DNA of 64,000 bases from Lytechinus pictus (lineage: Eukaryota). The position numbers were made by a program, and so were the translations under genes. The DNA lies in NCBI RefSeq assembly GCF_037042905.1, contig NC_087246.1:7814001-7878000 (forward strand). The letters are read 5' to 3'. Below, in pieces: positions 52,601-63,952 of the stretch. A model generated the notes under the pieces. It was not told the origin of the DNA. It did no database searches and worked only from the letters and a program-made list of their open reading frames with translations. The stretch's first letter is position 1; each line of letters starts with the position of its first letter.

Positions 52601-52909
52601 AAATTAGGTAATAATTAACAAGGATATCCCAATCATTTTCTGTCAATTTTCTTCTCTTTCTTACCCTAAGTCTAATTTCAAATTTTAGGGCAGTTCTGGT
52701 TAAATATATATTCTTAAATACTTGTTTTCACTATATCGACCTATTATGCAAATTTATGCAAATTACTTGCTTATTTGCATAGATATATACAGCGTGTCTC
52801 TTTGGATGAATCCTTTTCTTTTGACTCAATGAACATTTGTGCCAAGTGGGACATTTGTACTAAAAAATGCAGCGTTCACCCCTTTTTTTTGCAGTTAACA
52901 AGTCTACTA
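49672..52909. mobile_element. Large foldback element (Academ-like: TAG..CTA termini, 3-bp TSD)
   Basis: TAGTAGACTTGTTAA / TTAACAAGTCTACTA with ATA on both flanks. Outer arms about 49672-50640 and 51930-52909; inner inverted pair about 50641-50857 and 51088-51315. Confidence 0.85.
51661..51727. repeat. Imperfect (CAA)n/(TAA)n microsatellite
   Basis: Read directly from the sequence. Confidence 0.8.
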
Positions 52910-52939
52910 ATATTATCAAGGAGTCGAGTCCTCAAGGCT

Positions 52940-53250
52940 AGGTCCCGCCCCGCCCCCCCCCCCCCCCCCTTTATGCGCTGGTTTGGTAGATATAGATCGA
53001 GTAAGTAGTAGTACCGGTACCCACGTACAGCTCAGCAAAGCATGCAATTAAGCATGCAGCTGCAGTCGGCGGATCGGAGTTTTTAACGATGATCGTCTGA
53101 CTCGAAGGAAGTGGCCCATCATCATCAAGCGAGTAAAAATAATTGTAAAATCGATTCCAACAATTGGTTTCCAAGGATGATGGATGTCTGTTGAGCTGGA
53201 GTAGTTATTTTAGTTGTACTGACCAGCTGTAGAGAAACTTCTGGTAGGTG
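52940..53250 (+). promoter_or_regulatory. Probable LDHD promoter and non-coding first exon
   Basis: GC box CCCGCCCCGCCC near 52944, CpG-rich segment, donor-like CTG|GTAGGT at 53244. The LDHD ATG exon starts with a splice acceptor, so an upstream exon is required. Confidence 0.45.
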
Positions 53251-53629
53251 TATGTTGAATAATCTTGGATCCCGGCCGAGCTGGAGCATCAGCTCGCGCT
53301 AGGCAGGCGGAAGCGGAGCGGGGGCAGCTGCCGCGCTGTAGCTATCCCCCGACATGCTGTAAGCTAGCCCGGCTCACACTGCGACTCATCGCGATCTGAG
53401 ACTGAATTTCAAAGAAATTTTAATAACATTTGATATGGACATTCCAACTAATAAAATCTTACGGATCGGAGTTCAGAATAGTGGTAGGACAACTGAAATC
53501 GAAATTCAGTCTAGTAGAAATACGAACCTCCCTGACTGAATCAGTGAATCAATGAATAAAATTGAAAACAAATTTAAAAATAATTCCAAATTGTAATAAA
53601 ATCATAAATGATGTCATCATCTCATCTGC

Positions 53630-53807
53630 TTACCTCAAGAGTGTTCGTGCAGGCTCCACTACACTACAGCTACACTACGCTCCACCGTGATGTTCGTGCA
53701 GGCTCCACTCCATCCCTACACTAGTCTACGCTCCACCGGTGGAGCGTAGTGTAGCGGTAGTGAAGTGGAGTGGAGCCTGCACGAACATCACTTGAGAAGT
53801 TGAGGTA
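53630..53807. repeat. Small palindromic repeat (GGTGGAGCGTAGTGTAGCGGTAGTGAAGTGGAGTGGAGCCTGC family); half copy at about 18890-18964
   Basis: Hairpin centred on ACCGGT with a duplicated left arm; a 43-bp core is shared with 18904-18946. Confidence 0.7.
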
Positions 53808-54090
53808 TCATCGGATATTATGACTTGAACTTGGAGCCGATTGGGACTTTACTCGGACCACAAGGCTTGCCGCAAAGTGAAGATATTAATGAATTTATTA
53901 TTTCTAACATCATGCCAAACTTTGAATAAAACAATTTAACTTCTTGGAACTTCCATATTTTATGCAAAATGCGATTTCTTGAAAAGTTGTGTTGCATCGG
54001 ATCGCACAGTGTGAGACAGGCTTATTGTGGCTGTGCACTGTGACTCACAGTGTGAGCAGAGCATAGACTAAGCAGAAAGCTACCTGATGC

Positions 54091-54582
54091 GGGGGGGGGG
54101 GGGCACTCAATTTTTTTTTATGGGGGTGTGCCTCACAAAACTCTGAAATGTGGGTCTACATGTAGGTTACTGGATCTGGCTTAAAGTAAAAGGGTAAAGT
54201 CTTGGGACTTGGGAACTAAATATATACCTCGTGATGTGGAAAACGGTCTACGGAACGGGATCGCGGCACTATAGCCTATAGGTATGCTTACGTTGCACCA
54301 TAGTACTGCGCATGCGCTAGCCATGCATGGAGGAGCTACTAGATCTAGTTATATGTAGGGAGTTGCGAAGCCATACATGCATCTCTCGCATTCGGTGCTC
54401 ATGCTTGACAATTTTGGCAGGGCTGAGAAAGTGAGATGTCTCGTAATGGGGGGTCTCGCGAGCGGGGCTGGGCGGCTCCTGAACTGAACTTTTGTCATTT
54501 GGAGTATCTAGAGAACTGAAAATTAGGTCTGAAAAAGGGGGTCATCAAAGCGGCACGTCCCCGTACGAGTGCCCCCCCCCCC
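54091..54582. mobile_element. Non-autonomous element with (G)nCACTC..GAGTG(C)n termini
   Basis: Inverted poly-G/poly-C termini. Confidence 0.55.
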
Positions 54583-54651
54583 AGTCTTCCCCATTTCGTG
54601 GAGTGCTAATGGACCTCAAAATTTGATATTTGTATTCTGAAAACTAGTATA

Positions 54652-57494
54652 CAGGGATGCCACTTTTCCGTATTTATACGGAATTCCGGCTTTTTTCCTG
54701 CTATTTGTCTTATTTCCGACTTTTCCTGTTTTCTGTGTATTAAAAAAAACGGAAAGTCCTCCTTTTTTCCCCTATCTCTCCCGATTGCGATGCATGTCGA
54801 TCGACCGAGTGAGAGATATTTCCCCGAGATATTTGCTTTTATACAGTACATAATTTATAAACGCGCGCACTGCCTACTATACGTTCATTGAGTTATGCTT
54901 TTATCAAGGCTTTCTGATTAGAATTATCGATATCCTGGCGCATGGCCAATCAATGCGAGCGACAAGTTCCGAACGCACGCACATAGACAAGCGCAAAGCA
55001 GCGGCACGAATCGCGGTATAATAGCGACTGGTAAATACGTCTGTAAAGATGATGACGTCATCCAAGATGGCAACTTACGATGACCAACGAAGGAATCGAG
55101 GATGACTAAGTTTTGATCATCATTTGAAAGGAATAAGCGGTAACTGCGGTTTAAGGTAAGATGTTTCTGAATTTTATATATTTTTTGTAAGTTTGGATGT
55201 AATTATTTTTTTATAATTAGGAGTGGGCTATACATGGGTCAAAAATACTTTTTTTGTAATTTCAATATGACAACAGTTTTTTTTTATTCCTTGTAATGTA
55301 TCTCAACATGAAATGACAATATTTTTTGTCTCGGGTCCGAGAAAAAAGTGTGCCGGGCCAAAATCCAAAATGGCCGCCAAAACCCCCCAAAATCACAGTT
55401 TTGGCCACAACTTTTTTATTTGGTGGTCAATTTCTCTGGTTTTGGTGTCTATTCATATGTTTTTGGGGGCAGGCAATTTGTTTTTCCTATAATTAGTACT
55501 TTTAAACCATTATTTGAAGAGTTAAAAGGTAATTATACCTAAATTTTCCCATTTTTGTAGCCTTTTTTCAGCCAAAAAGTAGGTTTTATCATCCTGGGGT
55601 TCTGGGATATTAGATGGTACGAGGTCAACAATAGCAAGCAGCTTCATATAGCTATATTGCTTTTATTCCTCCACTTTGGGTTTTACGGATATTTGTGAAA
55701 TATATCTTATTAAATAAAAAAATGTCAATTATCCATTGGGGCTATACAGAATGTACTGTACATGCATACTGCACTGCATAAATGCATTGGCCACCATGAC
55801 AGATAACAAGGCTTGTATAAACTATAGTGTCATAGAAATGAGCTCTCAGGTTTAGAATTAGATGCCTCAGAAATTGAAGATATGTTTTGTCTCAGAAATT
55901 GAGGACATGTTTTGTCAAATATGCTAATTCAGGGGGCGGAGGGAGGTAATTTACACTGTAGCTATTCTGGGCCCCGTTGCATAAAAATTTACCATTATGT
56001 TAACTTAACTTAATGGTAACTTGCATGCAATCCTTTATTCTGATTGGCTGTTGATCAGCATTACCATGATACTAGTAGTTACCTGACCCCATAAACATAG
56101 GCCAGTTAGACACCAGAACCAGGTTTTAAAAAAAGCCTCCAAATGAAGAAGATATGGCTAAAAATGTGATGTACGTATATATACATGTACATGTATGTGA
56201 TATTAATACATGTAAGTGTAATTTACGTTGCTGGTTTCACCATGTACATCAGCTGACAAGGAATCAAATTCACAATCTAATTCTAAACCTTTGAAGCTCA
56301 TTTCTATGACACTATAGTTTATATACAGGCCTTGTCATATGCCATGGTGGTCAATGCATGGATACATGTATATGCAGTGTAGTATGTACAGTGCATTGTA
56401 CACCGTATAGCCCCTATGGATAAATGACATTTTCTTTTATTTGATAAGATATATTTGATTTTTTCACAAATATCCGTAAAACCCAAAGTGGAGGAATAAA
56501 AGCAATATAGCTACATGAAGCTGCTTGCTATTGTTGACCTCGTACCATCTAATATCCCAGAACCCCAGGATGATAAAACCCACTTTTTGGCTGAAAAAAG
56601 GCTACAAAAATGGGAAAATTTAGGTATAATTACCTTTTAACTCTACAAATAACGGTTTAAAAGTACTAATTATAGGAAAAACAAATTGCCTGCCCCCCAA
56701 AACATATGAATAGACACCAAAACCAGAGAAAATGACCACCAAATAAAAAAGTTGTGGCCAAAACTGTCATTTTGGGGGGTTTTGGCGGCCATTTTGGATT
56801 TTGGCCCGGCACACTTTTTTCTCGGACCCGAGACAAAAAATATTGTAATTTCATGTTGAGATAAGGTAAAAGGAACACAAAAAAACTGTTGTCACAGTAA
56901 AACTAAAAATCACCCATTTATAGCCCACTCCTATTATAATGTGACATTTTATGTACCGAAAACGATCCGAAAATCGGGTTTCCGCCGAATGTTAGATCTA
57001 ACGTTACTGCTGCATTCTGATACGGAACCCAGGGTGTTCCAGCCCGGAAAGCGGGCCGGAGCTCCCTGGGTTAGCTGATACGTTGTCTTTATGTACGGGC
57101 CAACAACTCTTCAGTCTATGTATTGGTGAGTGGAGCCAACGCGGTTCAGCTGAACAACCAAAATACAGAGACTGAAGCTTTTTGTCTAGCGTTCTATGAG
57201 AAACACACAACTAACTACCGTCAGTTTTTCAAACCTAATTGACTTCAAAGTCATCGATCACAACAAGGTAAGAAGCCACTTGGTCCTCCCCTAAATTTGA
57301 GGTGGGGGCGGACCGCCCCCCCCCCCCCCCTCCTATTTTTTTTTTTTTTTTTTTTTTGCTTGTCCAATTTTTTACCTGTGACATGTGTCCATCCCAAAAT
57401 TTAAGGTGGATCCCCCTAAAAAAAATTTTCTTGGACACTGTCCCGGCCCGCGATAAGTTTCAGTATTTTTGGAGGACACCTAGTGGCATCCCTG
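54652..57494. mobile_element. hAT-like element with 6-bp TSD, hosting a foldback insertion
   Basis: 13-bp TIR CAGGGATGCCACT with AGTATA on both flanks. Confidence 0.8.
55218..56933. mobile_element. Foldback element with TIRs of about 650 bp and 7-bp TSD
   Basis: TAGGAGTGGGCTATA / TATAGCCCACTCCTA with TTATAAT on both flanks. Arms about 55218-55865 and 56272-56933. Confidence 0.85.
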
Positions 57495-58595
57495 AGTATA
57501 GCATCAGCGCTCAATAAACTGGCCCATCAAATGCGCTCTTTTAAGTCTTACAACGTAAAATCTAACATTCGGTGTCTCTTCACTTTGCTTTCATGCAGCG
57601 TCAAGCTGCAGCTGCACTAAGCCTGCTGTGCTGTGAGCTTGAATTCTTGGAATCTTGCTCGGAAATAAGGCTTAACTAGTTTTTGCATCAGAGATGCTTA
57701 TATTAGAGGTTCAGTATGTTGTTGGAATTTCTGTTTTGTCCCTTATCTCTCATTTTTCTTGTAACTTTGTTGCTTTTCATTGTTTTTTTTTATTTCAAAC
57801 CTGTTCAGATTTTTACATCCACCTGTTTGAATCCAGATTGCTTAAAGAAAAAGTTATTTGCCTTTGTCTTGGAACATCTAGGGGTATTTTTCTAAATATA
57901 ACATTAATTCCCGCTTATTTAAATAAAATAACATACATACTTTTAATTTTATTATAGGGGAAATCTCCCAAGGAATGCTGATATGAATAAAAAGATAAAA
58001 ATATCAGACAAGCATACTATAAAGGTGAAAATTTTATCAAAATTGGATGTAAAAAAAACATTTAAACATTTTTTTTTACTTTTCACATAATCCAAGTGAA
58101 CATCTAATGAAACAGAGACTGAAGCTTACAGGGTAAGGTTAGGGTTGGGTTGTGTTTGGGTTATGATGAGGGTTAGGGTTAGATATTTTGTGCTGTGGTC
58201 AACGAAACAATGGCAGGCAAATTGCTTGAAATTACCAATTATGCAGTTACTATAACTGTGGTCATTAATTGAGTTAAAACGTGTACTTTAATAAGTCATA
58301 AGAATCATAAAAGTGACAAGAAAGTATAAATTGATGCAGTACAATATAGATATTTTTTAACGATATTGTGATCCAATCCTTGATCGTTGCATGATTGATT
58401 CATACCTTTAGGCCTACCCCATTAGACAACTCGGCACATATTGTTTTGGCAGGGCTGTATTTAAAGTGCTGAGTTAACCTGGACTCATCCAAGTTGGATG
58501 CTTACTAGGTATTGGATCTGGATGTACCATAGCTGAAATCTATATGTTTCGTGAAGCTCTTATACATTTTTTAAACCTTTTTAGTTTCTCCTATA

Positions 58596-60408
58596 CAGTG
58601 CGTCCCAAAAAAAACTATACACTTTTGAAATGGCTGCCAAATAAAAGATTTAGCACTTTGGGGTAAAAGACTTATAGATATGGAAAGCCAATATAGTCAA
58701 CTTTCAAATGACACCAAAAAGTTGAAAAACTATTCATGCTTGAGCGAGTACTGCCCACTGAAACAAAGGGTATGAAAATTAGGGTGGGCCGGAATTAGCC
58801 TTCCAATTTCTCTCAGGTTTTTTTGTTTGATACTTGCAAAGTTGAGGGTTATTTGGTGAATAAGAGATCAGATGTGATCAGATTGTTGTTTGTGAAAATG
58901 TAGTGCATTATTAAATTGAAATGTAATGCATGAGTGATCATGAATTGCAATTTTTAGTGCGGCATTTTGTCTTTATCATGTGGATCTCAACAATGTATTC
59001 ATGACAGTCAGAAGAGGGGGGTAATATGACTTAAATGTAGGTAGGTGAAGTACGTTGATGGTATAACGGTCAACAGAACATTTAGCAACCCCTCCCTCCA
59101 TCTCTACCCCCTCCCCCCACTTCTTGAGAGACTAAGCTTGACTAGGCTGGGCAGGAATTAGCCTTACAGTTTTTTTGAGAGGTTAGTCCTTTGGAACTTA
59201 CAAAGCTAAGGGTGTTCTGCTATTTATGAGTGAGATAAGGTTTGGTTTCTTAGGCAAATTTCATGAGTTACTAAATTGAAATGTTATGCATGAGTGAACA
59301 GGAATTGTAATTTTAGTGTAGCATATTCATCTTGTGGACCTCAGAAGTGTATTTGTGAGAGTCAGATTAATGTGATGGTACATGTTACAAGCAACAGGCC
59401 GAGATATGCTAACTTGCTAAGACTTGGTTAAAAGGGCATTCTTCTTCATTTTGTCCTTTTACAAATTAAAAGTCATATGTACCCTTCCCTCTCCACCTCC
59501 ATTTCCCAGCCCCCCCCCCTCTCTCTCTTTCTCTGTCTCATTTCATGGATTGTAGCCTATTCAAAACTTAACTGCCAAGTGACCGGTGGCTGATGGTCAG
59601 TTTTTTTTATTTAATGATTACCAAGAAATTTAATGATTATGGTGATTAATGAAGTAATTTATTGAAAAAAACGAATGTTTGATTGGTCACATTGCACATT
59701 GAATGAGTTGATTTACTGATGAATTGTTGATTGAATGATTGATAGGAAAAAGTTGATGCCCCAATTCAGAATTAATCATTAAATCAACATTCTGCTCTGG
59801 ACTTCACTTGTACATGACAATAGCCATCAGTCTCTCAACAGGAGGGGAGGGCGGGAAAGAGGGAGGGGGCGGGGGCTGAATGTTCTGTTGACCCTTGTTC
59901 CATCAACCTACTTCTCCCACTTAAGTCCTATCCCCCCCTATTCTTCCGACACCCATGAACACATTGCTGATATCCACATAATAAAGTTGAAATGCTGCCC
60001 CAAAAGAGATCCAAATGATAAAGTTGAAATGCTGCCCAGAAAGTGTAATTTATGTTCACTCATGCATTAAAGTTCAATTTAATAATTTAAAAAAATTGCT
60101 TAAGCAACCAAAACTGGTCACGGTTGATCATTAATTTATCACAACGCCCTTAACTTTGCAAGTTCGAAAGGATTTGCCTCTCAAAAACTGACATAAGTTG
60201 GAAGGCTAATTCCAGCCCACCCTAATTTTCATACCCTTTGTTTCAGTGGGCAGTGCTCGCTCAAGCATGAATAGTTTTCCAACTTTTTGGTGTTATTTAA
60301 AAGTTGACTTTATTGGCTTTCTATATATGTAAGTCTTTTCCCCCAAAGTGCTACATTTTTTATTTGGCAGCCATTTCAAAAGTGTATAGTTTTTTTTGGG
60401 ACGCACTG
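58596..60408. mobile_element. Tc1/mariner-type non-autonomous element with TIRs of about 210 bp
   Basis: TA|CAGTGCGTCCCAAAA...TTTTGGGACGCACTG|TA; no transposase ORF inside. Confidence 0.88.
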
Positions 60409-60706
60409 TAGAGGAGATAGTGAAGTAAACCAACCAATGAGACGAGAGACTGAAGCTTTCAATCTAGATGTAACACTAACAAAATGGGTGATTTCATGTC
60501 CGGTGTTGGTGTAGAGAGCACAAAAAATGCTGCAGTCATAAAACACGCTATCTTAATAGAAAAGGGATCTTATTCTCATCTGGAAAACTGGAAGTTTTCT
60601 TACTAGAACCTTGAGCATGGCTTTGGAAAACCCACTATAACCAGTCAGAGTTTCTACATGCTATTATTGAGATGTGTTTCTCTCTTTTTCTGTCTGTCTT
60701 TCCAGC

Positions 60707-60811
60707 ATGATGTCACTGTGGAGGCTTATCACGGGTGTTTGCAGGGTTCCATGCAGTGGTGGTTCCTCTGGGTTTATCAAGACCCTCTCAACTTCATCTT
60801 TTGCCCACAAG
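60707..60811 (+). CDS. LDHD: Mitochondrial D-lactate dehydrogenase, coding exon 1 (presequence-like)
   Basis: MMSLWRLITGVCRVPCSGGSSGFIKTLSTSSFAHK is Arg/Ser-rich with no acidic residues. Strong acceptor just upstream, AAG|GTAAAA donor, in frame with the next exon. Confidence 0.75.
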
Positions 60812-60872
60812 GTAAAACTGATCATAATGGTGACAATTAATTAGGATTTCTTTTAATTTTTTTAAATTGATG

Positions 60873-61276
60873 CAGGGTGCTACATAAGCACTTGCCCGAT
60901 TGCCCGGGGCAAGTAAAAGTTAGAGTCGGGCAAGTGTTTTGAAGTAAAGACCAAAACTACTTGCCTGAATTGGGCAAGCAAAATTCTTACAGTAGAATGA
61001 CCTAAAATAGGTTCTATATGACATATTGACCCTAATTTTGGTCATGGCAGGCAAGATAAAAAACAATCAAAAGAAATGCAATAACAAAGTAGATCTGTTC
61101 ATGTCAAAAGAGAGAAAAAAGGTCAATGGTTTATAAAACCACAAAACTTTCTTTTGAAGTGGTAAAACTTTTTTTTCAGGCAAGTGAAATAGATTTTTGG
61201 GCAAGAATATTCCAACTATTTAAAAATTTACTTGCACGACTGGGCAAGTGCTTCTAAAAAGTTATGTAGCACCCTG
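60873..61276. mobile_element. P-element-like MITE (7-bp TSD)
   Basis: Perfect 15-bp TIR CAGGGTGCTACATAA, ATTGATG on both flanks, internal CTTGCCC / GGGCAAG repeats. Confidence 0.82.
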
Positions 61277-61759
61277 ATTGATGATGACATGCTGCAGTTT
61301 AATCAATGGAGAAGGGTTGCATAACATTGAAATGGCATTGGTAAAGAAAAATTGAGAAGTATGGTTCCAAAATTACCAGATGCCACATTTCAAATTGGTT
61401 TAAAACACATTTTAAGTATGAAAATTATTATTTGAATTACTATTCCAAAAGTGGGTGCCATGTATTGAAAGGTGCAATTATCTTTTCATTTTAATCCTCA
61501 TATTAATTACATGCAAAACAATAAGTGCTGGGAAAATCTGCTGTAAAAGAAGCATTTTAGCCATTTGAATCCCCCTATGTGTATTCCTCGGGTTGTTTTA
61601 CTGTATTTTCCATTGTTTGTCTACTTGTATATTAAATGTGCAGATAAGCTATGAAGAAAAAATTGTTTAACTCCTGCATGAAGGCAACTCTCACTTTTGG
61701 TAAGGTACATGTGTAGTTAAGTTAAACTGTCTTTTGTTTTGACTTTATTTTTTTAATAG

Positions 61760-61869
61760 TCTATTGTTTTAGGAGCTAAAGAATCCATTGCAGCAATAGT
61801 TGGTTCCCAGAATGTTTCGTCTGCAGAAGCTGTGCGTGAACAACATAACCATGATGAATCATATCACAT
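61760..61869 (+). CDS. LDHD: D-lactate dehydrogenase, coding exon 2
   Basis: SIVLGAKESIAAIVGSQNVSSAEAVREQHNHDESYH matches the LDHD VS..VREQH..DES.H pattern. Donor GTAAGC. Confidence 0.88.
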
Positions 61870-62227
61870 GTAAGCCTTGCACACCTTCATTTATATTTGC
61901 AAACATATAGTGTTTATGAAACAATCATTCAAATTTTCACTGTAGATGACAGTATTACAGCGGTTAGAAAGTGGGCACAATATCTTTTAGGATCATGTGT
62001 ACTATGAATAAGTACCTTAGATGGAATGTTAGATGCTATTGAAATGTGTAAATCAATGAAAATCAAGATGATAGTTTCAAATGATTGTAATTTTCCTACA
62101 ACATCCCTTACCTATAAAAATGGAAAGCTTAAATTTTGAAATAATGTGGATACATTACATGGAATGATCAAATTTATATTAAGAGCCATAGAGTGATAAC
62201 AGTATTTGACTTTGTATCTTTGACCAG

Positions 62228-62372
62228 ACCAGTTTCATCTCCAGACCTGGTTGTGTGGCCCAGGACCACTGAAGAAGTGAGCCATGTAGTCCAGATATGC
62301 AGGGACCACCAGGCCCCAATCATCCCATTTGGAACAGGAACAGGACTTGAGGGAGGTGTCCTAGCACCACCG
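62228..62372 (+). CDS. LDHD: D-lactate dehydrogenase, coding exon 3 (FAD-binding PCMH domain)
   Basis: [40 protein letters not shown] is the LDHD FAD-binding motif. Confidence 0.95.
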
Positions 62373-62554
62373 GTAATGGGTTCAATCAAATATTTAATTT
62401 TCTTCCTATTTTTGTGTAGCCGCTTTTTGTGTAAAGCTTCAATGATGATAATTTTTCTGCTAGAGTAAATGGCAGGTTAAGGACTGCCCAGCTAGGTCTT
62501 ACCCAATGACTGTAAATGCAGATGAATCATTGCCTTGATATACCCAAAGTTTAA

Positions 62555-63266
62555 CCCTATCTAGGCCGGGGTATTTTTGTAGTTCATATGGCCGGGGGGG
62601 GGGGGGCCTTCCAGGCCCCCCCTTGAGATCTCGGCAGTCGACCGTGCGATCGCGCCGAAAATTGGCATGTGGGTTGCCTGGGACATTATCTACAAAATGT
62701 ATAGTAATTTATTTCATGCAAATCGCTATTAAGTGATTATGCTAATTTATGCGTAATTAGTATGCGAAATCATACTTTTTCCTCTAACACCCTAAATACA
62801 GCTCCAAATTTTTGGTATAGAAACTCTTTGTGGTGTTCTTAGCAAGTGTACATGAAAAAAATTGCGATATCAAATCATTTTCTTATGTATTATATTGTTT
62901 TTTGCAATTTCTTATGTATATCTTTGTTTTGTTGACCTTTTGTTTTTCATTGTTTTTTCAATGGAATTTGTTGGGACTCTTCTGAGATCATAAAAAGCAT
63001 AAAATAAATACTTTTAGACCAGCAAAACTAACAATAATCATACATTTATGAATTTTGGTTGAAATCACAATTTGCATTGACTTTGTACACGAAACCACGT
63101 TTTTGAGCAATTTTTGGTCTGACATGCACTTACATAATGTTGCATAATTTTTGAACCACGTACCCGGGTGACGCAAAATTGGTCTCAAAAGTTGTGCAAG
63201 ACTTGAAAGTAAAAGTCAGCGAGCCGTTGAGGGGGGGGGCCTCCCCCCCCCCCGGCCTAGATAGGG
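62555..63266. mobile_element. piggyBac-type MITE
   Basis: TTAA|CCCTATCTAGGCCGGGG...CCCCGGCCTAGATAGGG|TTAA. Confidence 0.9.
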
Positions 63267-63531
63267 TTAACAGTGCCATGACAATCAAGCAAAAACTTTC
63301 TTTTTTGAGACAAGAGCTTCTGTATGGCTTGTAAAGCATTGAGCTAGTTTTACATAGTTGCAGATAATTGTGTGAGTTTATTAAAGTTTTCTTCTATTTC
63401 TTTTGATTTTTTATTTCATTTTGATAATACTACTGCAGACATATTTGTAAGAGGGTATAAAGGAAATATCATCATCTATTTTTTTTCTTATTCTCCCCCC
63501 CCCCCTTTTATCTAATTTTTCTCCATATCAG

Positions 63532-63673
63532 GGATCAGTTTGCATAGATCTAACCAAGATGGATGAGATCTTAGACCTTCATACAGAGGACTTTGATGTG
63601 ACTGTCCAGCCTGGAGTAACTAGACTAGCCCTTAATCACCATCTCAAAGATCATGGAATGTGGTTTCCAATTG
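63532..63673 (+). CDS. LDHD: D-lactate dehydrogenase, coding exon 4; gene continues right of the window
   Basis: [50 protein letters not shown] acceptor, GTAAGA donor. Confidence 0.95.
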
Positions 63674-63733
63674 GTAAGATCAGACTAAAAATTTCCATAC
63701 TGGGGCATATTATTATAACAAATATGCAATTGT

Positions 63734-63952
63734 GGGAGCGTCGTGGTCTAGTGGTCATGACTCTCATCTTTCAATCTGAGGGACGTGGGTTCGATTCCTA
63801 GCCATGGTGTGTTTTCCTTCAGCAAGAAATTTACCCACATTGTGCTGCACTCAACCCAGGTGAGGTGAATGGGTACCCGTCAGGAATAAATTCCTTGAAT
63901 GCCAGAGCGCCTGTAGGCAGCACAGCTATAGCCGGGGTAATAATAATAATAA
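63734..63952 (+). mobile_element. tRNA-derived SINE
   Basis: A box TGGTCTAGTGG, B box GGTTCGATTCC, CACTCAACCCAGGTG..GAATGGGTACC central domain, followed by (TAA)n. Confidence 0.85.

Noticed and set aside
58131..58182. TTAGGG-like motifs suggesting interstitial telomere
   Set aside because: Only a few degenerate units; more likely part of a dispersed repeat.
157..63266. Autonomous transposase or reverse transcriptase genes
   Set aside because: None of the TIR elements contains a long ORF or a recognisable DDE or RT motif.
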